Counted from the stretch's first letter, positions 49,026 to 62,883 are shown. The stretch: DNA of 64,000 nucleotides from Camelus dromedarius (GCF_036321535.1 NC_087437.1:109742001-109806000); one strand, 5' to 3'. The notes: generated from the sequence alone by a model not told the origin. A program made the numbers and translations.

Positions 49026-52019
49026 AAGAGGATAGATAATTGTATTGTGGCTTGGGAACAAAGGCTTCATATACATTATCTAACCTTACACATTCTCAAG
49101 GGAGAGGGAAGGAGCAGGTGTTATGTCTGCACCTGGTTGTGGGAAATGTGAGCAACTCAGTGACTTGGCCAAAAGCTTGCTGTAAATCAATAACAAAAAA
49201 ACATACATTTTTAGTTTCTCTGCTTTTGAGCACTCTTCTTTGAACTAATAACTCTTTTGTGGTAATATCTCTAGTATGTTTTGCAATTTTAACATATTTT
49301 CAAAAGTTCTGTTATGCAAATATTATGCTTCTGCAATGGCTCAAACTAAATATACATACTTGATAAATAAATATGTATTGATTACCAACAGTTTATCCAC
49401 CATTGTTCAAATGCCCTGCCTTCAAGGAGCTTACTATCAACTTAAAGAGACAAGGCTAGTGGTGCATATTTAAAGGATTAGCTGATTGGAACTAACTAGA
49501 AAAAAATAATCAATATGTACTGATACCCCTTCAACCTTGTAAATGATGTGACTCTTTTCATCATAACAACCCAGTGAGATGGCTATCAATTTCATTCAGT
49601 TTTTACAAATGAGAAAAGTGAAACACAGAGAGGTTAGGTGAGCAGCCCAAAGACACAGAAAATAGAAACCTAGACAAGAAGATTACAAAGTACACATTCT
49701 TAATCACTGCACCGTCTGCACAAACTTTAAAAGTCTTCAAGTGCTGGAGAAATGAGAGAATAATTTTCATAGGAATACTCATAGGAATACTGGGAAATAC
49801 TCATGAACTCATATTGTTCAAATTGACCCTTTAAAAATGGGTAAATATGTCTTAATAAGTGATCCTGAAATGAGGAAGTACTTTTACTGGCTTAGAAACA
49901 TTTTGATAATGAGTTTTTGGGGAAGTGGAACTTGGTTACCACAGTGACTGGAAACTTCACTGGCATTTAATAGATGGAGGTATACTAGTCATCTTGTACA
50001 AACGACTTAAAAGACAGTCCTTCAAAAAAAAAATGCATTATCCTACATGTCATGCAACTTTCTAATGGTCATTTGGATAGTAACTGAAAACTCTGTTTAT
50101 GATTATGAACATAGAACTCTACTCCATTTTACATAAAAGCTCAAAGCAATTTTTTTTAACGCACGATGAGAATCCAAAAATGTAGTAACCAGTAAATAGA
50201 GGGAAGGTTGACTTTTGTTTCATTTGGAACTTATACTAAAAGTTATTCATTATTTAAAAAATCACAGCGTTCATGGCAATCAGTCATGGAGTTTATGTCA
50301 CACATCTAGCGTCTGTATCAATCTGTCTTTAGTGCGCACATTGTCAATGAGTCTACATGTAAGAGTAAACATCTGACTAATTTATTTTCCTTTAGTGTAG
50401 ATGTTCCTATTTGACTAGATAATGAAATACATGTCATTTAAAATAAATTATGTTCACTTAAAGTTTCCCTTATGTTATAGTAAGACATGATATTGACTTT
50501 TCCAAATGACTATTTTATATCATCTTCTGTGACCTTCATTCCCCAGTATTCTATAGGACATTACCAAATATTTTATATTGAAAAAAACCTCAGGTCTGAT
50601 AGAGTGGGGATGCATTAATTTAGATAAATAGAGGGAAAAAGGGCATTTCATCAATTCACTGATTGATTATTTCAACATATTGTCTGAGTAGCTAGTATGT
50701 GTCAGACTACTCTGCTGTGCACTAGTCATGGAAGAATGGACAAAAATGGTAAAACTCTTGCTCTCATAGACTTTACATTTGCAGTGAAAAAAATCCACTA
50801 ATTAGAAATAAAGCAAAATAAGGACTGCATGGCCTTTCAATGCCATGAAGGAACATTGCTTCACAGAGTCAACCAAGTCTTATTTAATTCTTTAGGGGAT
50901 AACACCTAGGTTTTACTTGGCATTTACTATTGGTTAGGACTAAAACTTTGTGAGGTTACACGCTACTTACAAATTTTTTCCTATAGAGATGCAAATAATT
51001 TCTGGACAGTAAACGATAATGTTTTTTCTTATGTTTTCTTGCTCTTGGGACACTAAAGAGGTTTATTTTTGACTTAGCAAACTTGTTTCAATATATCTTT
51101 CCTTGTGCTCCTGCAACCAGCCCTCCTTAGTTTTTTTCATTAATGAGTTAAATACATATTTGAAACACATGTTCTTTTCTGTATTTCTGTAAGAGTGACA
51201 TTTTTAACTTAGTGAAATTTTATTTTTACACATTTTAGTAAAACTCATATAGTAAAGGAATAAAGTTGAATAGAAATTAGCTTGAGAAGTAAAGAGTTTG
51301 ATTTTTTGAGATAGATAGTTGAGGCCAATTACAGATTTCTTAAGCAGGTTATACTTGACAAGGAAGATATTTAAATGAATCATAAAATCTGAGAAGTATG
51401 TTTGTCTTCAATATAAGTCAATGCTTATTTAACTTCAACTAGAGAATCTTCTTGTGCTATTAAGCATAGGATATCAATTAGCACTTCAATTGATATTCAG
51501 TAATTTCTATTGACACTGGAGACTGATACATTGTAATTTTCTCATTTAAAAAATATAAAATTTTTGAAAAAATCACTGTATTTAATGCATAGAAAGTTTT
51601 TGAGAAAATATGGGATATATTTTGAGATTAAGAACTAAACAGAAATTTAATTTTGAGATATTCACAAAGGAGGCAGCTGGGAGTACCCGTAAGGATTCCA
51701 CCATCCCCTAATGGCCTCGCACTGCAGTTAGGGTGGTGGTGCACATGGCCTGGGCAAATGCCTGAATTAAGATTAGACACCCTAAAGTAAGGGTAAGATT
51801 CTCAAAGAGCAACAATTTAAGGAGAAAGAGTAACTTAGAGAATTTCCGCCAATAAGTCCAACAATAAGGGAATTTGCTTGTCTCTGACTAGGATTTCAAA
51901 AGTAGCCTGAGATTTTGTGGCTTTATAGAGATTTGGTATAGGTTAGCAGTATTTACATGATCCACAAAATTGCAGCCTGGGAATTTTAACTGAAAGCAAA
52001 TCTGGGTTGATGATGCCTA

Positions 52020-53465
52020 GAAGTGCCTAACAAAAACAGTGTAACTTTCCTCTGAAAGAGTCCTCAATGCATTCCCACAGATATCCAAAAAACAAGACTC
52101 ACAATCACAAATCCCAAAATACACGAGGAGGTATGTAAGAACTTGCAGAAGAAAAGACAGCAGAATCAGACCTCCAAAAATTTGATATTGAGATTATTGG
52201 GAACAGAATATAAAATGAAAATACATACAATGAAATAAAATGTAGACCTAAAGCAAATGGAAATTCAAGAAAATTAAAAAAAAGTAACCAAAAAATGAGT
52301 TTTAAAAGAGATTAAAAAGAATTACATCTTTATAGAATACACATTTAACACATATGAATATAAAATAATACAAAAATAAAAAAAACTATTCACATGTAAC
52401 AAAGAATGGGTTGGAAAATGCAAAAGGAAGTTTGAGTCTTGTGGAGGAAAGAGAAAGTCAAAGTAAGTTTAACTGGAGTTACATTTAAATGGAGATAATA
52501 TATAGAATGAAGAAGACCATAATCAGGGTTAATGGATGAGAATTTTCCAGAATGTTAGATTCTGGAATCAGAATTTCCAAATTGTCAGAGTTAGGAAGCA
52601 CATTTAATTCTAAACAGATAAATAAAAAGGTACCCTTCCAGCTGCATTGTGGTACTTTGCAGAACACTAATGATAAAAGAGAAAAATGTTAATAACAGTT
52701 GAGAAAAAAATGACAACTGACAAAGAATCAATAGTTAGAATGATAGCTATTTTGTTTCCACTTGATTTTTAAAAATTTTTCCAGCTTTACCAAAGTGTGA
52801 CAAATAAAGTTTATAAATATATAAGGTGTATAATGTGATGTTTTGAAATATGTCTACATTAAGAAATGATTGCCACAATCAAACTAATAAACATATCCAT
52901 TCATCTCACCTAGTTAACGTTTATGTGGTATGTGTAATGAGAACACTTGATGTCTACTTTCTTAACAAATTTCAAGTATAAAATTCATTATTCTTAACTA
53001 TAATCACCATACATTACATTGGTCTCTAGAACTTATTCATCTTATAACTAAAATTTGTCCTCTTTGACCAACATCTTCCCATTTCCCAACTTCATATATA
53101 ATATATCAAGTTTTCCTTATCAGTTCATCTACTGACAGACACATAGGATGTTGCCACATCTTGGATACTGCAAACAATGCTGCAATGAACGTGGGAGTGC
53201 AAAATTTTTTTAAGATAGTGATTTTATTTCTTGTCAGTTCTCAGTTTGTTTTTGTCCAACAATGTGCTGAAACTTCTCAGATTTCCAGACTCCTATAAAG
53301 ATGCTCTCATCCATGGGTGGTTGTCGAATTCAATGTTTTGTCTGAGGATGATGATAGAAAACTCCTCTTCTGCTATCTTGCTGACCTGATAGCTACCTTT
53401 CCAACAGCAACAACAAAGCCAGAAGACAGTGCAATCACATTTTTAAAAATTGAGAGACATTTTAC
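52020..53465 (+). mobile_element. Old L1/HAL1 ORF1-region remnant, split by a younger L1
   Basis: actcacaatcacaaatcccaaaatacacgagga ... gagaattttccagaa ... aatagttagaatgatagcta, resuming at ccaacagcaacaacaaagccagaagacag. Confidence 0.6.
52750..53386 (-). mobile_element. Internally deleted L1 (about 155-bp 5' end fused to 3' end) with TSD
   Basis: 52750-53232 is antisense L1MA-like 3' end; 53233-53386 reads gtcagcaagatagcagaagaggag... on the minus strand (L1 5' terminus-like); TSD tgatagcta at 52741-52749 and 53387-53395. Confidence 0.72.
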
Positions 53466-53844
53466 CTCTAAGGGCAAAAGTTAATACCTAACTTAAATTT
53501 AAAACGTAGTATGCTCAATAAGAATATATTGAATTGGTTTTATTTTGAAACTAACACCAATATAAAGTGTGAGGATTGGTTTAATAGAAGTCTCATGTGT
53601 TATTTGTTCATTCCTCTGTTATCTTATCTAAGGTATTATTAACGTTCCCAAAAGACTATGTATAAATTTACCAGTCATACAGAATTACATCTGTGGTCCA
53701 AGGTATGCTTTGTCATTTGTCAGAGAAAGTAGAATCTATTCTCTAAGGCATTTCAAGTTTTGTCCTTTTAAAGCAATAGGTGGGTATTATTCTCACAGGC
53801 AAGTCTGTGTTGTGTGTAGAAAATAGCACATAGCTCCTCTGTCA

Positions 53845-54881
53845 GTCTACCAAGGCAATAGAAATAAAAGCAAAAAATAGGACCTAATTCAGCTTATAAG
53901 CTTTTGCACAGCAAAGGAAGCTATAAACAACAACAACAAAAAAGACAACCTATGGAATGGGAGAAAATATTTGCAAATGATGCCGCTGACAAAGGCTTAA
54001 TTTCCAGCATATACAAATAGCTCATAAACTCAATAACAAACAAACAAAAAAGGGATCACCTCACACCAGTCAGAAAGTCCATCATTTAAAAAGTCCACAA
54101 TGATAAATGCTGGAGAGGATGTGGAGAAAAGCTAACCCTCCTACAGAGCTGGTGGGAATGTAGTTTGACGCAACCATTGTGGAAAACAGAATGGAGATTC
54201 CTTACAAAAATAAAAATAGACTTACCAGATGATCCAGCAGTTTCACTCCTGGGCGTATATCCAGAGGGAACCTTAATTCAAAAAGATACATGCACCTCAA
54301 TGTTTATAGCAGCATTATTTGCAGTATCCAAGACATGGAAGCAACCTAAATGTCCATCTACAGATAGAAGACTGGATAAAGAAGTTGTGGGGTATACACA
54401 CACACACACACATTGGAATAGTATTCATCCATAAAAAATAATAAAATAATGTCATTTCCTGCAACATGGTTGGACCTGGATATTGTCATTCTAAGTGAAG
54501 TGAGACAGAAAGAGAAAGAAAAATACCATATGATATCTCTTATATGTGGAATCTAAAAAATGACATAAATGAACTTATTTACAAAAGAGAAAAAGACTCA
54601 GAGACATAGAAAACAAACTTGCAATTATCAAGGAGGAAAGAGGGTAGGGAGGAATAAATTGGGAGTTTGGGATTTGCAGCTACTGACTACTAAATATAAA
54701 ATAGATTAACAGCAAGGTCCTACTATATAGCACAGGGAAATATATTCAGTATCTTCTAATAGCCTATAACAAAAAAGAATATGAAAAGGAATGTATATGT
54801 GTATAACTGAATCACTGTGCTGTAGACCAGAAATTAACTCAACATTATAAACCAGCTCTACTTAAAAAATTAAAAATAAAA
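53845..54881 (+). mobile_element. 5'-truncated L1 (ORF2 3' part and 3' UTR)
   Basis: ORF track 54165-54434 gives [24 protein letters not shown]...CTSMFIAALF; A-rich tail. Confidence 0.9.
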
Positions 54882-56417
54882 CGTTATACCCTTATCAGCT
54901 ATTAGTAAAGAAAAAAAAGCAAATAGTAACATAAATCAGCTGTACTTTTTCCATATAGTAATGTCTCATATAATAATTAGATAAATGTACAGTATTGCAT
55001 AGCAACACACACATTCACATAAAGCCTAAGAGAATTACTGACTACAAAGGGTTTCACCTTACTTAATATTTTAAATGTGACTTTCCTCGTAGGTAAAAAT
55101 GTCTCTTGTGTTTTTTTGTTGTGCTTAATGTGTGTGATCCACGTCTAAGGGAATAAAATGTCAAACCTTCATTCATCTGAATGGAAAAACCTTCAACACT
55201 CAATCAAGTGGTGAACTCTAGAGTATAGCATTTTCTAAAGAATATCCAAAACCCACCAGCCATAAGTGGAAAAAAAAAAAAAAAAAAAAAAAAGCAGCTC
55301 TTACCTGACTGTACATTTACTAATCAGTGATTTGGGGAGAATATGTGGAACACTGTGGGTATTTTTATACTAATCATAACTCTTGCCCAAATGATGTGAA
55401 GGGTTATAAAATATGTTATTTCGTTTCCCTAAACATTTTTGAGTTGCGTGTGTACAAGTGGTTTCATCGAACCATGTTCTGCTTTACACGGGGTGCTCTG
55501 CTGGTATTAAACATGTGCTTGTAAATATGAGTGCTAATTGCTTATGGAATGGCTCAGATGCATAGCCTATGAATTCCGGGTAGTTCCACACTTTACTTTT
55601 TTCTTATAATTAAATATATAGCAATAAAGAACATTTTTTAAAAAACATGAAAATGCAGTGTTCCCTGGCATATACCAAATGTGAATTTAGAAGCCAGATT
55701 ATGAAATGATTTTTGACTGCAAATAAATGAGTCCAACACGAAAAATAATTTGGAACTAAAGCTCTTCTGAGTTCTAAAAAGTTACCCCAAAAGCCCCAAT
55801 TCATTTAATGCATTTAAGTACAATGCACATAATGATATCTATCAAAATTGATCTCCCTAATGTTAAAGGCGTTTGTTTTTTACAATAAGAAGGTGTATCT
55901 TGGCAAAACATTAGCCAATAAACTTAAGAAGGAAAAAGAAAAAATAATACTATTATGAGTTTTAAAACTTTCTCTAAGTTGCTTTCTTGAGATTTTCAAG
56001 GATAAATGTATATCTCTTTCCCTCATTACAATACACACTCATCCCAGACTTTGCAGACCAGTGTGGTCCCGGTGCTCCACTGACCTCTTCTCAAGACACG
56101 TCTCCTCCTTGGTGCTTCCTTTACTACAACCCCAACTCACCACAAAAGAACTGAAAAGAAAAACGTGGACGAGATGAAGATAAGTCCGGACAAAACCTAG
56201 TACGCATGCTGCTTCGTTAGCTCCTTTTTTTCTCTACTAAACAATCTATCATGAACATTTTCATGCCATTACTTATTTGCCCACCTCATCGTATTTACAA
56301 TGGTGCTGTATTCCATTGTATGAATGAGCATAACCATAATTTATGTAACCTACTGGTTAAATTAAAAGAAGACATTCTGTAAAGTCGCTTTGAAGAAAAT
56401 TATATTCGCTAGCAATT

Positions 56418-57149
56418 ACACTTGGTTTTATATAACACATTCTAATGTTGCTTAAACAAGTAAGATGTTTATTTTTTCTCTCTTAAAAAAAGTGTAAATG
56501 CTTTCACTTTTTTGGGGGGAGGGGTAAACTAGGAGGTTGGGATTAGCAGATACAAACTACCGTATACAAAATAGATAACAACAAGGTCCTGCTGTACAGC
56601 ACAGGGAACTGTATTCAACAGCTTATAATGGAAAAGAATATGAAAAAAATATATATGTGTGTATAACTGAATGAGTAGGCTGCACACCAGAAATTAACAC
56701 AACATTGTAAATCAACTGTACTTCAATAAAATAAAATAAAATAAGAAAAAGTGCAGAGTTTGGCAGCTCAGGGCTGGCGCAGCTGCTCTGATGATTCCCC
56801 GAGGACAGAGGCTCTGTCTAGCTTTCTGCTCACAGCAACCCAGCACGTGGCACTTGTCTTCAGAACCTCAGAACAGCTGAGCCACCTCCAGGCGAAGGGG
56901 AGGGGGTGGCAAAGGAGCAGAGACCCAAGCTCCTCAGCCTGTCTCCACCAGAAGAAAGCAGAACTTTCTCGGGAGCCTGACCTAGGAGACTCCCTCTTAG
57001 TCTCACTGGCCAGATGTGGGTCCCTTGGCAAAACCAGGTCAAGGACGTGTTGGGAGGGGCATATTTTTAACAAAGTAGATTTCTACTCTAAACAGAATTG
57101 AGACTCTCTTAGTAAAGAAGGAAAAATAGGTTCTGGGCATGTCTGTCAC
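56418..57149 (-). mobile_element. Old MaLR LTR (MLT1K-like) interrupted by an L1
   Basis: gcttaaacaagtaagatgtttatt ... ggcagctcagggctggc ... tctcactggccaga ... tctgtcaca. Confidence 0.55.
56514..56749 (+). mobile_element. L1 3' UTR end
   Basis: ggaggttgggattagcagatacaaactac ... acagcacagggaact ... (taaaa)n tail; TSD-like aaaaagtg on both sides. Confidence 0.88.
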
Positions 57150-57300
57150 AGAAATGTATGCATAAGAAATACACCTTATCCAATGGCTGATAAAGTGCCC
57201 AGTGATGTCTTGCATCTTATTTTGGGGTATAACTGTCTCTAAACAAAATTACTGTTACACATAACTTATAATTTAAGTCCATCTATATGTCAAATTTTTT

Positions 57301-57433
57301 TTAAAATTTTTTGTGCGTAATTAGGTTTATTTATTTATTTACTTGTTTGTTTTTAATGGAGGTACTGGGGATTGAACCCAGGACCTCCTGCATGCTAAAG
57401 CATGTGCTCTACCACTGAGCTACACCCTCGCCC
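57301..57433 (-). mobile_element. tRNA-derived SINE, camelid Vic-type
   Basis: Minus strand GGGCGAGGGTGTAGCTCAGTGGTAGAGCAC ... GGTCCTGGGTTCAATCCCCAGTACCTCCA plus AAAT tail; TSD tcaaat(t/a)tttt at 57290-57300 and 57434-57444. Confidence 0.88.
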
Positions 57434-58634
57434 TCAAATATTTTAAGTTAGCATTCTGTAAACATTTCCCATATTAATGATAGAGGAGGGTGGAGAGACA
57501 CTCATCTATTTCTTGTTTCACAACAACCAGGCAACATTCTGCCCAAGATTCCTTAGAAAAGTAATTAACCCAGTTGTCCTTGTACTAAAAAGACAAAGGC
57601 CTAATTTATGATAATGATGAAGATTTCCATAACTATATCATAAGACAGCTTGAGGTCTTGTTACTGCTCTCCTTGGAAGAGGTCAGTTTCAGATTACACG
57701 TTATTTCATTTGTCTTTACAATATACAATGTACAAATATAAACATCTCCTGTACCTCCAACGGTCCTGTCTTCACTCCATCCCAGCCATTCACTTTCATG
57801 GTACTCAAATCTTACCTGCGTATTAGCATCATATGGGAAACATTTAAGGAAATACCGACGTCTGGGCTCCATCCTGAGACACTAATTTAATTAAGCTTTG
57901 ACTTAAACTCCCGGCCCCAGAGAAGGACAGCTTAGACACTTTTATTCTCATTAACTTCACCCCCTCCACAGCTTATACTGAAGCTTCTCGCGCTCTGACC
58001 TTTCCTGTAACTCTTTGACCCCACTGAAATCTATGATTCATCGATTCACCACATTTTCAATCTCTAACTTCCATCATGTCCCCATTTCTTCCCTAAAGCA
58101 ACTTAGATTCCCTTGCATATACCCTCACTTTCTAAACCCAGTTTTATGTTTTACTCCTCTGGCAAAACCACAGATTTGATTAGATTCAACTCTCTGTGTA
58201 ATAAATCCAGGAGGCTAAATATAACTAAGGAAAAAAATCAAAACAGACAATCCACTGCCTCCAACCTCAAGTGGGTTCTTCCTTCTGCCATGCGATCATA
58301 TTGCTCATTTCTAGTCTATTATTTGCCCATATTCCTAAAGGACTATTGTCTACTTTTCCTCAGTGCCCCCCTTCTCTGATTTTAGCCGATGGCATTGATT
58401 TTAACTACAGTGGAAATATGGAGGCAATTCTTCTGCCGCTGAATCTATCAACTGATTGCAATGAAATTTTATACTATGCCTGTTACTGTTACTGAAATCC
58501 TATCTGTCCATTCCCTGTGGATCAGATGCCACTTGATGTCTCAAAGATACAGGCTGACAGACATCACCCCAGATGCCGGCCATCTCTCCTGCATTATCAT
58601 CTTCCCCCCTCGATTGTGTCGTTCTCAACAGCAT

Positions 58635-59173
58635 TGTATTAGTTTCCTATTGCTGCTATTACAAATCACAACTTCAGTGGCTTAAAAGAATACTAATTTA
58701 CTATCTTATAGTTCTGGGGACCAGAAGTCCAAAATGGATTTGCAGGGATTTGCACATGCCTTCTAGAGTTTCTAGGGAAGAATCCATTTCTCTGTCTTTT
58801 TTTCACCTCCTAGAGGCTACCTGCATCCTTGGCTCATGACCAATTTTTTCTGCCTTCGAATATACAGTGTATCATCCTTGAATCTCAATGTCTCTCTCTG
58901 TCTCTCTGTCTCTCTCTCTTCTGCTCCCATCACTTCTCCTCCTCTGCCCCTCCTGCCTCCATCTTTTCCTTACATGGACTCCTGTAATTGCATTGAATCT
59001 GCCTGGATAATGATTACATTGGTCCCACCTGTATAATCCAAGATCCTCTCCTTCATTTCAAGATCCTTAATCAGATCTGCAAAATCCCTTTTGCTGTGTA
59101 AAGTGGTGTATTTCACAGGCCTTGGGGTTTAGGACATAGACATTTTGGATGGGCCATTATTCTGCCTGCCATA
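58635..59173 (-). mobile_element. MaLR LTR (MLT1D-like)
   Basis: tgtattagtttcctattgctgct ... ggggttaggacatagacat-like segment ... gggccattattctgcctgccata. Confidence 0.85.
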
Positions 59174-59364
59174 AATACTCAAACTTATTGCAATACAGCC
59201 AAACTTTAAAAAAGAAAAAAAAAAAACACAACTTTTCCCTGACCCCACAACCTCTTCCTGCTACTGTTTCTCACCTCTCTTTTAAATTAAAACTTGACAG
59301 GAGAGTTACCTTTTCTTGCTATCTTTAATGTATTCCCTCTCTTTTTTTTTTTTCAAATCTTTTC

Positions 59365-60026
59365 CTTCTTTTTTCGTACTGTAATTTTTTTTTAATTGAA
59401 GTATAGTCGGTTTATAATGTTGGGTTAATTTCTGGTGTACAGCATAATGTTTCAGATATATAGCTATAGCAATATATATATATATATATTCCTTTTCATA
59501 CTCTTTTTCATTATAGTCTATTACAAGATATTGACTATAATCCCCTGTGTTATGTAGTAGGACCTTGTTGTTTACCTATTTTGTGTATAGTAGTGTGCAT
59601 CTGTTAATCCCAGGCTCCTAATTTATCCCTGCCCCTCCCTTTCTCCTTTGGTAACCAGAGTTTGTTTTCTGTCTATGAGTCTGTTTCTGTTTTGTAAATA
59701 AGTTCATCTGTGGGTTTTTTTAAGATTCCATATACGAGTGATATCATATGGTATTTTTCTTTTTCTTTCTGGCTTACTTCACTTAGAATGATAATCTCCA
59801 GGTCCATCCATGTTGCTGCAAATGGCATTATTTTATTCTTCTTTATGGCTGAGTAGTATTCCATTGCATAAATATACCACAACTTCTTTATTCAGTCATC
59901 TGTTGATGGACACTTAGGTTGCTTCCATGTCTTGGCTATTGCAAATAGTGCTGCTATGAGCATTGGGATGCATGCATCTTTTCAAATTAGAGTTTCTTCT
60001 CAATATATGCTCAGGAGTGAGATTGC
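59365..60026 (-). mobile_element. 5'-truncated L1 with 12-bp TSD
   Basis: ORF track 59673-59882 gives MWYIYAMEYYSAIKKNKIMPFAATWMDLEIIILSE (ORF2 C-terminus); TSD tcaaatcttttc at 59353-59364 and 60027-60038. Confidence 0.92.
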
Positions 60027-60049
60027 TCAAATCTTTTCTGATTTCACTC

Positions 60050-61150
60050 TTCACAACTCCTATAAAATATATTCTAAAAGTCATTGATGTTGGCTACTTT
60101 GTTAAATTCTATCGTCAATTCTTAGCTCTCATCCTACTTAACTGATCAGAACTCTATTGACTTAACTCCCTTATTCTTGCAATGCTTTCTTCACAGTGTC
60201 AGAGCTGCCACTGACTATCGTATCTTTCCCTTTCTCTCTGGTTACTTTTTACTCATTCTCCTTTGTAAGATTTTTCTCCTTCCCCCAATCTCTAAACACC
60301 AGTGTTCCAGGGTGACCATATGGATGGCTTTAATCTTTATATGCATTCTGACAGCTCCCATATTTTTTATCCCCAGTGTGGAGCGCTCCATAATTTCCTT
60401 GAAAATCTTACAGGCATCTCAAATTTAGCATGACTAGATCACATTACCAAATTGCCACCGACACCCAAAAGTGCATATCCCCTTCTCAATAACAACTCTG
60501 TTTTTCTGAGTTCATATATCCAAAAACCTTGGTTTTTATCCTCACGCCCTCCTTTTACTTCACCTTTCAGAGTCCATCTATCAAGACATCTACCAGTTAT
60601 GCCTTCAAACATATCCAGAAACAAATAACTTCACCATCTCCACCACTATCCCTAGATCCAACACAGCGCCATCTTTTGTCTCCATTCCTGCAATCTGCTC
60701 TCCCAGCTTCTACCCCTGCTCCCTGCAGTGTGCTTCATCACAGCTGCCAGCGTCATCCTTCAAAAACAAAGCCACATCCTGTCATTCCTCTGTTTAACGT
60801 TCCAGAGGCATCTCCTCTTACTCTGGGTAAGATCTTACTCTGGCTCACGACCTCTCTGAACTCATACCTGGCCACTTTCTCCCTTGCTTCTGCTGCCAAG
60901 TGAAGCTGAAAATGGGAATTACTCAGACTGCAGGAGCAGCCTTCCCCTTCAAAGTTGCACCAGCTCTTCACTCTACAGGGGATGCCTCTCCTTGGATATC
61001 CACATGGCTCAGGCCCACATTTTCTTTAGATCTTCACTCAGAAAGTCTTACTCGACCATTCTACAGAAAATAAACCTTCTCCCCTACAGGTACTCCTATT
61101 CCTTGATTCTGATTTATTTCTATCACTAGTTCTTCTCCCAACCTGTCATA
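60050..61150 (+). mobile_element. L2 fragment (3' end resumes at about 62220-62395)
   Basis: caggcatctcaaatttagcatg ... ccaaaaaccttgg ... ccttcaaacatatccagaa; terminal ctcaataaatatttgctgaacgaa near 62370-62390. Confidence 0.7.
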
Positions 61151-61159
61151 GTATATATA

Positions 61160-62220
61160 TGAAAATAAATGAAGACTAACCAAAGGAGAAAAAACAAAAA
61201 GTCTAATTATTCAGAGCTTGCTATAGGAAGGAAGTCAGTCACTCTCATTTGTGCTTTGGCAGAGACTCAAAGGCTGGGAGAGGAGAGGGAAAGCTTTATA
61301 CTCACAGAAAGGGAAGTCTTCAGGTGTTCCTGGATTGGAGGTTGTTGTCAATGAGAAGCAGGAGGCAGGCTCACTAAGAATGAGACATCCCATGTATTTG
61401 GTTTTCTCTGGTTGGTCTTAAGCTGGAAGCAGGGACAAAAATTAGAGAAGCTGTCTATTATTAATCAAGTCCTGATCATCTGGGGCCAAATGTTAAAGAA
61501 GTTATTGTTAAGCTTCCTAGATTAGTACTAGAGATAGTAGTTTTGTTAATGAGTCTGCACTCGTTCTGCTTGCCACATGACAGTTCAGTAAATCAGAAAA
61601 TGAGGTGTTGGGGCAAGGAACGACGGCTTTATTCGGAAAACCAGCAGATCAAGAAGATTGCAGACTAATGTCCTGGAGAACCATTTTCCCCAAGTCAGAA
61701 TTCAGGCTTCTTTTATACTAAAGGGGGGGAGGGGGTGTTTGTTGCAAACTTCCTGGTGTTGGGATCCTTTGTTCTTGAAGCTATCCACGTGGGTCAGGTC
61801 ATGGTGTCTCTGTAACCGTCCAACAAAATAAATGCTATTTTCTATTCTGCAGCTTTTTATCTTTATATGAATGGAAAAATGTTAATACCCTTAAAGGTCA
61901 GAGCCTTGAGAATGGGCTGTCCTGTGTATTTCACAGTATAGGAAACATTCTTTTACAAAAGGTGCAGAACCAGGATGCCTAAGCCCAGGAAACAGAGCAG
62001 AAGGTTAGAGCCAAAGGAACAAATTTCATATGGAGTCAGATTGTTCTTTTCTATTAAAGTTTGACTTCCTACAAGACTGACATTGTAGGCTGGCTTCCTC
62101 CACTGTTTATTTTAGATAAAGTGTTTGGTTTCCTGAGCAGGTCACTGGAGGTTGTGGGTCAGAGTTCTGTTTTTACACATGGATTGGCCATTGTCCATTT
62201 GTGTATTCAGTTTCTCATAT
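61160..62220 (-). mobile_element. Older LTR inserted in L2 and itself interrupted by a second LTR
   Basis: ttattcagagcttgctatag ... ggcagagactcaaaggc ... ttggccattgtccatttgtgtattcagtttctca; family unresolved. Confidence 0.55.
61544..62058 (-). mobile_element. ERV1-class solo LTR
   Basis: Begins tgttaatgag, contains gaggtgttggggcaagga...tttattc (AATAAA on minus strand), ends atatggagtcagattgttcttttctattaaa; 4-bp TSD gttt at 61540-61543 and 62059-62062. Confidence 0.75.
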
Positions 62221-62883
62221 TCTGCCTCCAGAGTTGCCTATTGTCTGTTTCTCCCCACAGAAACATCAGCTTGGTGTAGGGACAATGTCAGGTGATTTAT
62301 TATGCAAGGGACCAGGATTGATGTTTATGAATTTCCTAATTCGTAGCATCTTACACATAATACATACTCAATAAATATTTGCTGAACGAAGGAATAAAAA
62401 TAGGGCAGACACGATCTTACCTATTTCCATGAAAGGTTAAATGAAGGATAAGTCACAGGAGGGAGAAAATGGAGACTGAATTATTTAAAGTAATTTCAGA
62501 AGCCAATATTCAGCAAATACTCTCTCTCTTCTGTTTTGTTTGTAAAGATACATGATCTCTTGCCTGCAAATGACTTGGAAATGACCTTTAAAACTACTGA
62601 GTATCTAAAGCGAGTTCAAGAAAGAAAGAAATCTATGTGGTATGTCGTGCTGTGAAACTGTTGGCCTTAGTGATTAGAAACAGCATTACATTGTCTTCCC
62701 CTTCCTAAGGCTGATTTTTGAAAGACAAAGAAATGAGGGGAAAAAGTAGAGTTGTGACGAATTCTAGATAAAAACACCATAGTGAATATGACAGACCTTT
62801 GGAACACCCTTCGACACACGGGGTTCATCTTCTCAGCTCACAAGGGACACTCCCACTTGCTTTTAGCTCAAAGAGTAAACTGG

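Noticed and set aside
49767..49812. tcataggaatac twice plus degenerate copies
   Set aside because: Small slippage duplication; no spacer structure, not an array.
48326..59882. Short ORFs with ORF2-like peptides (48815, 54165, 59673)
   Set aside because: Fragments of truncated L1 copies that cannot encode a functional ORF2.
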